The position numbers and the translations under genes were made by a program. The notes beneath the pieces are model-generated. The model was not told the origin of the DNA. It searched no databases and saw nothing but the letters and a program-made list of their open reading frames with translations. 64,000 bases of DNA from Ptychomitrium polyphyllum. Lineage: Eukaryota. Below are positions 13,369-29,269 of the stretch, piece by piece; the first letter of the stretch is position 1, and every line of letters starts with the position of its first letter. The stretch is from positions 8,928,001 through 8,992,000 of the forward strand of contig OZ316775.1 in assembly GCA_973851085.1 (NCBI GenBank). The letters run 5' to 3'.

Positions 13369-16300
13369 CTTGAGATGCTGCTTTGCCAGTGGGCTCTCGA
13401 AGTATCTTTGAAGAGAACTACTTTCAGTTATAAACCAATTTGAAATGGTGTTTTGGAACGATCATTGCAGCTATTACCACAAGTTCCCATGATGCTCCCA
13501 AGTGTGAACGGATATGGACTCAGGGTACCGGGCTGTGTACTGTCACTTCTGCAGATCTACTAGTTCTCGTATTCAGCAGCAGCAGAGCAATGTCACCATC
13601 AGAGGCCTGAAGACAATCGGTTTGCTACAATTTACACAGTGTGCTTTCAAAATCTGGACTCCGCACATATGATGATCTTGACTTATATCCACTAGATCAA
13701 GTCTTTTTCCACCATACATGTTTTCACCTAGAGCAGAAGCGTATCAGTGCATTCACCTTCGTTTGGAAGAATTACTGCTCCTCACAAAATTTAAGTTTGT
13801 GCTCTATGTTCAGCATGCCTGGCAACTTTCTGAAACAAAAGAGGAACTGAGGATTTACTTCTCCAGAGTATTTGAGAAAGTCAATGAAAAAGGAAGGGAA
13901 GCCTGAATTTGGGATTCAAGGGTGAAGGCTCTTGTGAATGGTGAAGGGGTAAAGTACCGTAGAACAATCTGAAAGTCAACGATGGGTTTAGGATGATGAA
14001 AATGGCAACTGTTGTATTCGTCCTGGAGTGCGCAATCAGTGAGCAGCGACGGTTCCACCGTAGTTGCACACTTGGGTAGCGAATTGAGCTCAAATGGCGA
14101 TACAGATGATCAAACAGAAGTGCGCTCATCGAAGCCTATGCTTAGCCTCTGCTCTAGGAGTTTCTTGATTTATCAAAACCTTCAGTGTCATGCTTCCTCT
14201 TGTCGGAGATTCTCATGTTGATTAATACGAAATACCCTTCTTGCACTAGCATCAGACAGTTGATTGCATTGCAGCCGAATTTTGCACCAACCTCCGTTGA
14301 AATAACTGACTAGTGCTAATGCAAGAACTTGCCCCTCCCGTCGAATTCATAGTGGCACCAGCCTTGATTACAATCTGCAGTTTGGTGTTTCAGGTTCTGG
14401 TTTCGATGACGAGTGGGGAGGATGAATGGTGGCGTATCTAGCATGGCTTTCGGTTTGGTCTAGGCTTGAATTTCATTTGCAGAGGTATTTGAGGAGTTGG
14501 ACGTAGTTGTCTTCTCTCCTTTTCTCACAGGATTTGCATTCATGGATGTATTTTACTCAAGAAGCTACATTAAACTGTGAATTAAGTTTTGCACAGGAAT
14601 TGCGGCTCGATATATTCATGGTGAGTTGTGCTGCATTTCTACTTATTAAGGTCCAACAATACATAGAGTTATGTGCTGCCAGAAAGGGCACAAGACAACA
14701 TTCGTGCAATTCTTTTAACAGATGAAACGTGACTTTATTGCAGATATTCTTCATGTTCGATTCTCTTCATGTTCGATTCTGTCCATCTCGGTCGAATAAT
14801 CCTCCCTTGTAAGGTCTGGTGGTGCTTGAAAAGAACGTCATGTCACTTCTTCATTCCAACACTGGGTACCTCAATCAAGCCCAGATTCGCATCAATGAAA
14901 ATCCTGATAATCACATATCCATATCTTAGTAGATGGATAGTGAGCTTAACTGTCTTATCCATTCAATTTGAAAAGGTTGCTTCCCTCCATGCTCTCGTTC
15001 TTTTAAACAAGCCCTCACGGCTCTCGTTGACTTGTGTTCTCTTCCGTACAATGTGAATCATAATGTTGGTAGCTAAACAAACTAAACAAGCATCTCCACA
15101 AGCACCTTCTGCCCTGGCACAACATAGGCAGTACAGAATAACCATTCTGCCTTAGATTGAAGGCGAGAACATCATCAATTGAAGCCAAACTGATAACACG
15201 CCTCTGAGCAGCAACGTTCCTTGCTGCAGAGTACATTCATGAGAATACTCGAAGATCAGTAGTTGTCAGATTCACGAAACTTGTAAGACTTAACTTGACA
15301 AATACTCTTTCTTGTCGCATGTAGATATGATGTTCAAGCTCTCTGGATTTTTCCTAGAAATGATTTCTTCTTCATCTGAATCTAGCTCTTCTCTCTTGCG
15401 TTCTACCAAGGTCCGTTGTAACTTCTTCTATTGTGTTCGTATAATTAGATTTCCATCGGTGTTTTTACTCAAATGAGCAATCTGGGGAGGCATATTAAGC
15501 ATGTGCACGATGTTAAGATCCTGAACTTTTGTTGCTGACTAGAAAACAAGAACAACTTCTCTAAGAACTCTAAGAAATTTTCTAGTCTCACTAACTTCAA
15601 GGTGACTCCCTCTCAACACAATAGGTTCTTGCTGTACTCACACAAAAGAAAGGATTACTTATAATCCCCATCTCAAGTTTACAGGTCGGAACGCCTGCGC
15701 TGATACCATGTAAGAGGCAAGTGAAGTCTATTTAATAGATAAAGCACAAAATGAATGAGCAGACATAAGTATCCAATGTCCAGAGAGAAGTGCGAATACT
15801 GATAACCCAAGGGGCGTTGCCAGAGTGGAGGGGCAGACCTACATACCAGCCCTAAATACTGTAGAAACATGTGACAATTTCAAATTCTGAAGAGGAATAA
15901 GCAGAGTCAAAAGTGCTTGACAACCCCAACTTAAACTACAAAGGCATGAGAATCAAGCGTAATATACCAATCCCACAAATGATCAAACACGCAACCTGAA
16001 GTTAAAATGAAATGTGCCTTCGAAATTGAAAGTGGTGCCAGAATCTGTGATCAAAATCATCTTCAGAAGCTACTTTGTACAACTATCATAATCCTTATGC
16101 TTCCACAGCTACACTACAGATTCTCATACTTCCTCCTACTTTTAAAGTGACAAATCAGTCGCAAGGGTTACTGGACGCCATAGATAAATTTGAAGATGCA
16201 GAAATGGCTTAGTAATTGCCACTCTTATTTCTGAGGTGTATGGTAAGTTACTATTGTGCCAGTCGCAGGACTATCAGCCATGGACGTGCTGCCAGCTTCT

Positions 16301-16944
16301 TCAGAATCATACTGTAGGTGATCATTGTTGATGGCCACATTTAATTCATTGTTGGATTTGGCGTTGGACACAAATTTCCCCACTTTGCACAGCCTTCTTC
16401 TCTCGAAGGGAGCTTCTGCTATATATCTGCTTGTCTGCTGTCCAGCTAACAATTGAGGTCCCTCATGGCCATGGCCATGGCCATCACATCATAAACCCGC
16501 ATGCTGAGTTCCACATTCAACTATTGTAGTGGCCGATGCAGCTCGCTTCAACTTCCAGCTGGTCCTCAGGTGTGACTCGCCTTTCGGATTCGTGATGGAC
16601 CCTGGCTTCTCGTGGCTTTGGGAAGCAGAGTGAGTGGCACGTCCTTACTTGACTGCGGGAAATTATTCAGTGTAAAATTAGTGCTCTTCTCGCTGATGAG
16701 GTTGCCGTCTTCGTCGAAGTAGGTGAAGTGGAAGCGGGAGTTCGCCACAAGGACAAAGACAATGACTTCCCAGGTTTGAGGTCATTGTCAGCGGCAATCG
16801 CTTCTATCCTTGCAACCACGATGGGTTCGTTCTTCCAGCTCCGGATGAAACTCTCTAGGTTTTGCCTTCGTCGTGCTCCATTGTCAACTTGGTACCGAAT
16901 CTCACATAGGCAAGGAGCTTATTAAACTGTTCCTCAGGCTCTTT

Positions 16945-18198
16945 TCATCTCATCATTTGTGCTACAAGCCTGTCCTTTAGTCTTCTTACTTGTACTGCTG
17001 ATTCTGAATTTGATTCAAGAAATCTCAACACCTCTCCAAACGTAGGTCTCGCTTCAGGATTTGATTGCCAACACCAATTTAGTAATTCACAAGTCCAACC
17101 ATCAACATACCCGGGCACCTCAGGACGTTGGCCTTCAAGAATAAGATCATAGTTTCTTTCTGGATGACCTTCAAATGGCAGCTGCCCTGTCAGGATCTCA
17201 TAGCAAGTCATTCCATAGCTATAAATATCTGCCTTTTTGGTAAACAACTCTGGTCTTTGACTTACATTCCTTTCTTTGCAAGCTTGCAATATCTCTGGTG
17301 CCCTAAAAAATCCAGTTCCAATAACTCCAATAGAACACTCAAAATCGGCTACATACAGTGTCCTTTCTTTGAGATTAACGGGTACATTGGATGCTTTGAG
17401 GTCCCTATGAATGATGTTCTGATCATGCAACCACTCCATCCCTTGTGCAATACGGTACATTAAGACCTCCGCTCTACTTTTCGAAAATGGTCCAGAGCCT
17501 TGGCTAATTCCCTGTGTTACACGATGATCAATGCACGCACGCAAATCTTCAGTTTCTCTTTGCATCAGAAACGCAAACCTTCCATCCTTCAATAATGTTC
17601 CACGAAACACATTACAACTATACCTTAACCCTTGAGGAATCTTAAGCTTCCTCTGTTTCCATAATTCTGCCATAAACTTCAAGTATCCCTGGGGCCACTG
17701 GGCTTTCAACTGGCGCAACAAAGTCCCCTTCTTGAAGACCTTCAACACCCACTTACGTCCATGTCTCACATCTCTGTCAAGTTTACTTGCTTCGTGCCAC
17801 TGGACCTGGGCATGGTAGAGCTCTGCCTGTCCGCCCTCCGCAAACTTCTTCCCCACCACCAACTCACCCATACTTTTATGTATTCCCAAATCATACCAGA
17901 AGGTCCGGAAGAAACTTCCCCAGGTGGAATGCAGTTGTAGTTCCTTGAACATTCGCACGTTGTCGGCCCTCACTGCCTCCTCGTCATCTGTGTCGATATC
18001 GGACTCCATCTGCGCCAACTGGCTCCAGTGGCACCTGGTATGCTCGATCTGCTCCTCAATACTGGTAAGTTTGCCGCTCTCCGTCCTCAGTAAGCTCTCA
18101 CTGCATGCAGAGAATAATGTTGAAGAAGAGGTGGATGCATGCTCCAAAGTTGCAGTGGCAATGGGTGTGACATAGTCCGAGTCGCTTGATGCATCCAT
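16945..18198 (-). CDS. Intronless TKL/Raf-like protein kinase (bryophyte-expanded type)
   Basis: Single ORF from the first ATG at 18198 (MDASSDSD). Motifs FAEGGQAELY, WVLKVFK, HRDLKASNV, VADFECSIGVIGTGFFRAPE, DIYSYGM, CWQSNPEARPTF. Confidence 0.88.
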   Translation of the reverse strand: MDASSDSDYVTPIATATLEHASTSSSTLFSACSESLLRTESGKLTSIEEQIEHTRCHWSQLAQMESDIDTDDEEAVRADNVRMFKELQLHSTWGSFFRTFWYDLGIHKSMGELVVGKKFAEGGQAELYHAQVQWHEASKLDRDVRHGRKWVLKVFKKGTLLRQLKAQWPQGYLKFMAELWKQRKLKIPQGLRYSCNVFRGTLLKDGRFAFLMQRETEDLRACIDHRVTQGISQGSGPFSKSRAEVLMYRIAQGMEWLHDQNIIHRDLKASNVPVNLKERTLYVADFECSIGVIGTGFFRAPEILQACKERNVSQRPELFTKKADIYSYGMTCYEILTGQLPFEGHPERNYDLILEGQRPEVPGYVDGWTCELLNWCWQSNPEARPTFGEVLRFLESNSESAVQVRRLKDRLVAQMMR

Positions 18199-21100
18199 CG
18201 TACAGACGAGTTCGATTCTTTCAACTCGCGGGTGCACGCACTTGTACTTGCTTCAGAGGTTAGTGTCCTTCGCTTTTCCAATTCCTGTCCAAGAGAGTGT
18301 CAAGGTGTTAAGGTTTTCAGAAGGACGTCGCCTGCGCTTAGGTAACGAAAAACGGCTATTCCGCATCGTGTTTCTGTTTCGGAATCTAGGGATGAACAAA
18401 GTAAACAAGGACTCCTTCGATAATGGTTTCTGTTCGGGAACTCCAGAGCGCGGACGAGCAATTATGCTGCGCGTCAGATAAGCCGAAAGTAAGCTCACAA
18501 ACCAAAACGCCACATCTACTACCACTACAGGAGTACCCAGAATCTGCCCACTTGCAGCTGATACTTGCAGATCGAAAAATCCTGCATAAAACGGCAGCAA
18601 CGACAGATAAACGATTGGTACTAGAGACTTTGAGTGATCAGAGGCTAGAGGACAGAAGGAGAAAACGGAGATTCAGTCAAGCATCCCGAGTTCGAAGAAG
18701 CCTCCTTGCATGGGCACCTGTTCGCTTTCAACTACGAAGCAGAATGGCTGGGCTGGGGTTGTGCTGGAGCGAAACGCTGGAGACGTCATAAAGTCGTAAA
18801 GAAACGCAGGCCGTTGAGGACGCAGATCTCTAAGGATGCTCCAGTCGTCCAGACTGTAACATACCAGATGCTTGCAGACTTGTACGCAGTCGTGAACAGT
18901 AACCGGGCGCCGAAGGATTGCAGCTCCGCTCAAAATGTCACAAATCGTTTTGTGCCACATGAAAGCATGAGCCTCAAGGGGGCTGTAGGAGTGTAGCATG
19001 CGTGTTATCAACACTTGACCAGAAACTGGCTATGGATACATCGGTGCAGGGTAAGAGCCTTCACAAGTGCAGTAAACTTGACATAGTATGATCCCCACAC
19101 GAGACATACGCGTGCAATGTTGCCACAATACTTGTGTGAAGTTAATGTACGATGGAGTCACTACTACGCAGATGTTCATATTTGAGACAAAATACCCGTT
19201 TTAGACTTCCTTGCCTAGTCTTGGGGAGTATTGAATGTCATGAATTGAGATTCTAAAATGCCTTAATTTAATGAATAACGTGGTAGGTAATAGGCTACTT
19301 CTTTAAGCATGATAAATATATCCATAAGTATTGTTATATAAGTGATATAAATAACCGGCATGGTTATGCTACATCCATGTCAAAGGTCAAATCAAATGTC
19401 CATATCAAAGATGATATGCAAACAAAACAAAAGGTTCATGAAGGATGTAAATATTCACTTGTCAATCTATTTGGCCACAATAATCTTATTCTCAATCACA
19501 TTTACAATTGGAAGCCTCATAAAATTCATGCTACAACTAAGCCCATCCCTTGCCTAATATTTCCACTTTCTTTCAGGCTAATTAAAGCTAAACAATCAAA
19601 AGATTACAACGTCAATTGCTAATACTTACCACCTCATATTCACTAACAACATGATACCTTCATGATTCATCAAAATCTTAGTAAAACCAACTCTCTCTAA
19701 ATTTGAATGGGCTAAAATGAGGTAAATTATTGCCAAACCAACACTTCACTTGCTAGTACTGACTTTCATATAAGCAATCAATTGATACTACAGTTGTATA
19801 AGCAATTCATTACCAAATAGTTATTGTTAAAGATATTAAACAAGCCAAATTGGCAAAGATACTATTATATTACAATCCATTATTTGAGACATATTTGTTC
19901 TAAACAACATCACTTTGTTGTGATTCTCATGTTGGAGCCTCTAGTGGCGTCAACAAAGCCAAGCCTAAGGAGAAGATGTCTTAGATGTTGTATCTTTTGA
20001 GAATCACATTGTTTGTATTTAAGATTGTGATTTGAAATCCACATGTAATGTGACCATTACATATTGGAGGCATTAGCTAAAATAATTGCAAATGGCATAA
20101 AGAGGTAATTGCTTAAAAGTAGAATTAATAACTTTTTGGAGGTGATGATGAATTGCTTGCTTAGAGACCAATATAATATTTACATGAATGTACCACTAGA
20201 CCTTGAGTCCACACTCCAAAATTGCTGCTATACTTATATCAATGCCTATAAATAGCTCTATAAGGACAATACAAATGAAAGAAAGCTAACCTTCATGGTT
20301 GAATTGAAAAGGTTTGGGAAAAAATGATAAGATGCTCATAACCAAAAAATTCACATTTTTAATTAGATAAGTGAACAATAAGCTACCATTCTTATCATTT
20401 CAATTTATTTGGTTTGAAAAAAGTATTATTGATTTTTCTTTAAAAACTTTTGGATTATTCTAATTTGGATTTTTTTTCCCTTTAGTTTGTAAAGTAACAA
20501 TCCTTGCTAATGATGAAATGCTATGAGTTATAATACTGCATAATCAAAGTCCTGTTTTCTTATAGGTTTAATACTTAATGCTTTTAACATTGTATTAGGA
20601 TCATTCTAAAGCCAAAAGAACTTATCCTAAGTACTTAGTCAAGTTGAATATGTTTAATATAGAATCCAAAGGGCCAAAATATATAAGTAGTAGAGATAGC
20701 TAGGATCCATGTGTTGGGCAATGTAAAAGGTGAACGCTCATTTTACTCCTTAGACTTGAAAAACAAGCTCATGGACTCTTTTAGAGTTTACTTAGAGGTT
20801 TTACAATTTAAGAAAGTTCCTTACAATGCTTGTTTTGACAAATGAGTGGGAAGGTGGCAAGTTCTACCGCTATGCACTACCATTAGTATTTCTGATAATT
20901 ACTTTCTAGATTTAAACCATGGATGGAGATTCTTCTCCCTTTCGTTTCAATCATATTGTCTGGCTTATTGAACTCAAATGACATTTTCATTGGCCTTACA
21001 TTGCACTTTGTTGAGGATTTTCTTGGCAGTGAAGGCTTAATTTTTTTCTTTATTGTGTAATCTTCTCGTTCTTCAATTGCATGTATGCTGCCGCTGTTTG

Positions 21101-21467
21101 CGTGTACAACCTCCTGACTAGATGTCGGAGTGTGTTTAACTTGTGACGAAACTGACTGAACTTGTTTGCCAGAAAATTACCTTCGAATTCTCACATGTAG
21201 CCAGGATGTATTCTAGAAATTTGGACTTGCAGCCAATAATTTTAATAATAAGCATATAGATCTAAAAATACAGCAGAGTCTCACCCGTCGATCCTATGCC
21301 TAAAATGCCATTAACTAAACAAATGCAATCAATGGAGTCGAAGTCGCTGAATTTGGACCACAAACTTCCATGGTTTCCATTGAATCCCAGGGATTTCAAT
21401 CTGTAAACACCGTCGCCTTTCAAGACCAATAATTTTGAAGTTGTGAAAGACATTATGCTAAGTAATA

Positions 21468-25591
<4,124 letters not shown>

Positions 25592-26255
25592 CCTCAGATC
25601 TCCAACCCAACAATGGCTATCAAAGCTGCCTCGAAGTCTCTATGACCCTCCCCACCTCAATTCTCACACTAGCATCACTCAACATCTGGGCACCACCTCC
25701 ACAAAAAGAACCCCACTTTCGTCGTCACTATTGAGATAGCCGCACAATTGGCAAAGCATGTACGGTGTCCGATGCGCCACCAACATCAAACGTTTTCCAA
25801 CACTCACCACATGTGAACGACATGGAACTCCATTTGCTCCCTGCAAGGCTCAGACATGAGCAGCAAACACTGGAATCCAGGACGGTCTTGTGCTTTCTCA
25901 GCTTCAAAGCGAGAGTTTTGGTATGAGATTAACGATATCCTTGAACATGCTTAGTTAGTTCTGAGTCCCCTTAGTGAGATGATTAACAGGTGATGAGAAG
26001 ATGGGCCCCCCCAAATACCTGATTAGCAGAAATTAGTAAGTTTTGCCGGACCTCGGCGTTCCCATACAGTTCCCGTATCCAGGGCGAGGCCGCGGATGAC
26101 ATACCTTATCTTTGTTTGGCTCCTGGGATTTGCGTTTGAGGGTCACCATCTAGGAGAACAGGCTCTCATTTTGTCGCCATAGCTACGAGCTTCAGTTGAG
26201 GAAGGGGGCTTTGTTGATAGAGCGAGGGGGTCGGAGTGCTACGTTGTGCAGCGCT

Positions 26256-28038
26256 ATGGCGTGCGCAAGTGCAGCAATGGTGGCGGCAGCCTCGCCTGGC
26301 TTGCAAATTTGTGATGCAGGCTCACGGACGAGCACCAGCAGCGTGTCGCTGAAAGCCTCTCTTGGGCACTTGAGATGCACACCGCGTGCTTTCTCTCTCA
26401 ATGACTCTGTGAAAAAGGTGCGTATTTAAGTTTCTTGTTTGGACTCTGCCCTTCGAGTGTTTCTTGAGCATCGTTCTTATCGACATTCTTATGCTTGTGT
26501 ACTGTTGTCCGTGGGTTCTATCTCCAATGTGTCATTCTTCTCGTTTCCTTTTTTCTGTAAGATTTTATGTGTTGGAACGTTTCTGTTTGACATGCGGTTC
26601 TATTCGGTCTGTTCAATTCCCAGGGTTTAGCAAGTCGGGTGCGGATGGCTCTACATAGAATTTGTGCAACTAGATACTTTTTGTGACTGTTGCAGCAGTG
26701 ATGGTCACAAATTAGTAGACACCCTTGAATTTGGTGTCGTTTTCCGGGCTTTGTTATTATCTTAAAACTGGATAATGTTGTCAAGTTCATGTAATATGCA
26801 GGGTAGTCACCTTGAGGTAAAACGCTTTGTGATGCAGGTACAGGTGTTAGGAGGAAGACAGAATGCATACGACGCGGCGAGGAGAATTCAGCCAATTCGG
26901 GCGCAAGCTGTGGACAATGAGCTTGCATCGTACGTGCTCACGTTTACATTTCGCAACTCCTTAGTTTTCTATAATCCTGAACCCAATTTTGGCAATGTGC
27001 TGAACTATGTACATTAGTTAGTTCCGGATGTGTCTTAAGTTTTGGTTCTGTCGTCGCAACGAAGTGGATTTCGTAGTTTTATTTCCTTCGGGGTCATGAC
27101 GTAGTAGGTGCCGTCTATTTAGACTGGGTTTATGGGATTTTGCACCAATCCGCCGTGTTTGGTACAGGAATTTGCACGCTCCATGTTTGGTTCCGTATCA
27201 TATTATCCTTTTCTAAGTCCAGCTTCTTCTTGACCTATTCACTATCTACCTAGAAGAAGATTCTTAAATTCCTTCTGAAGTGTGGACATGTGCACCGGAG
27301 CAATATCTGGTGCAGTAGTTCAGTTTAGGCTTATATGAGCTCTGTTGCTGCTCTAACGGGTGTTATGAATGGTTATTGCAGTAAGGAGCCATCAAGTTCC
27401 GCCACTTCTCAGAAAACTACTTATTACTATCTGATTGCGAATGCTAAGTTTATGCTGGACGATGAAGAGCACTTCCAAGAGCAGATGCAAGAAAAGCTGC
27501 GTATGTACGGGGAGCGTAACAAGGAGCAGGATTTCTGGATGGTCATTGAACCCGAGTTCCTTGATAAACACCCAGAGGTCGCCAAGCAAGTGGGCAGACC
27601 GTCTGCTGCTCTCGTATCAACTGACAAAGTTTGGATCACGTGGGTTTTTGCTTCTTTATTAGATATTCGTAAACCTTGGTTTCTGCATATTTCATTGAAC
27701 ATCCTTCATTTTGTCGAGGCATTGCTATAGACACCATGCCCTTCAATTAGGTTGGATTAGCTCCTCTTTATATATGTACCTAATCCTATGTTCTGCTTTC
27801 TGAAGCAAGACTACTTCAGATTTTAACTGAACGCAAATAACCCTGATTTAATGGTTTCAGATTCATGAAGCTGAGGTTGGACAGAGTGCTGAAAGGTGAA
27901 CTCACCGTGGATTTTCCGGAGGAAGCATTGGCAGGCAAGCTTACCACTGTGAAGTTTGAGAGACCAGCGAAGTGGATCGCCCCATACCCCAAGTACGAGG
28001 GAGACTGGTGGACTCCTTTCTTGTACAAGAAGAATTAG
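26256..28038 (+). CDS. YCF54: YCF54/LCAA, auxiliary subunit of Mg-protoporphyrin monomethyl ester cyclase
   Basis: Exons 26256-26417, ~26802-26929 (acceptor uncertain), 27382-27639, 27861-28038. Contains YYYLIANAKFMLDDEEHFQE, QDFWMVIEPEFLD, AALVSTDKVWITFMKLRLDRVL, WIAPYPKYEGDWWTPF; transit-peptide-like N-terminus. Confidence 0.93.
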
Positions 28039-29269
28039 ATCATTCGTCTTTATCGACAATGTGGATTTTGCTTTGTAGACTTGAGGGATTCAAGGTATCT
28101 CCAGACGGAACCGAATCGTAGGTTCAGTAACTTTTGAACCTGGAGAGCAAGGCAGTGTAGACGAGTGCGCGAGTAAATGGTACCAAGACAGAGGTGGTAT
28201 AGTAAAATCGTGTAGAGGTGAACGTTTAGACGCATTTGTTGTGCCGAACCATGAGGTTTTATCTTCCCTGTTTCTGATAAATTGGGATCTTAGGTTAGAT
28301 AGTACTAATGGCTTAAAACGAAGGAGACGAGGCTGACCTAAAAAAACTTTCACAAGGTTTCAGCAGTTCTGTTTTAATTAACGCAGTTTTCCATCCAACG
28401 GAGGGATGTGGCTAGTGCACTCTCACACTCAGTTTACAGAAGCATCTCATTTTACGCAGAAGCAATCGACTACCGTACTCTGCTTTTTTGGCTTTTCCAG
28501 TCCTTCTGTCTTGTCATTTTAAGCCATTAGTACCCTTCTTTCCCTTGGTGACAAGATGTTTTCAGAAGCAGATTTATTTTAAATTTGCGATTTCCTCTGT
28601 TTAGTCCTGCATCATTTTTACAAGTGAATAATCAGCACCAGCTAATGACTTACGTCTCCCTATAATCTGTTTCCACCACCAATACGGAAAAGAAAGTAAA
28701 GCGGAGTGTAGATCAATTGTCGACAAATGTTCATTGCTTGATGGGTCTAAACCGTGCGATAGTGCAGCAATTGTTACTCTGTCAACTCAAGAATAATCTC
28801 CCCACTGCTGAAACACTTTCATTACATTCAAGCTAATAGTCTTGTTTATGCTGGTGATCAAACAATGTTGTGTTGCGAACACGAAAATACACGCTGAGGT
28901 GGAAAATATAACAGTAATCAATCTGTGCTCATCAGTCGCCTTGCATCCATTACCTGCCAAAAGCTGGAACTGCACTATGTATGTTACAAGACTTTTCAAG
29001 GCAACAATACCTCTGTGCTAAGTGCCTACAGACCATCGAACATGTCAAAACACCAGATTTAAACGTAAGCCGAGTGCAGAGGAAGAGAAGCTCCTTTTCT
29101 TTTCTGAGTTCAGAGAGGCTTAGGATTACAAATGATCCTCCAATCGACTTGTGGACCACAGCGCAACTGAGCAGCTTGGAATGGTGGTTAGCAGCACTGC
29201 AGAGTGCATATACATGCATCACAAAGTTCTGCTTTGCAGCAGTCCTGAAATTACAATTGTACAGCTCAA

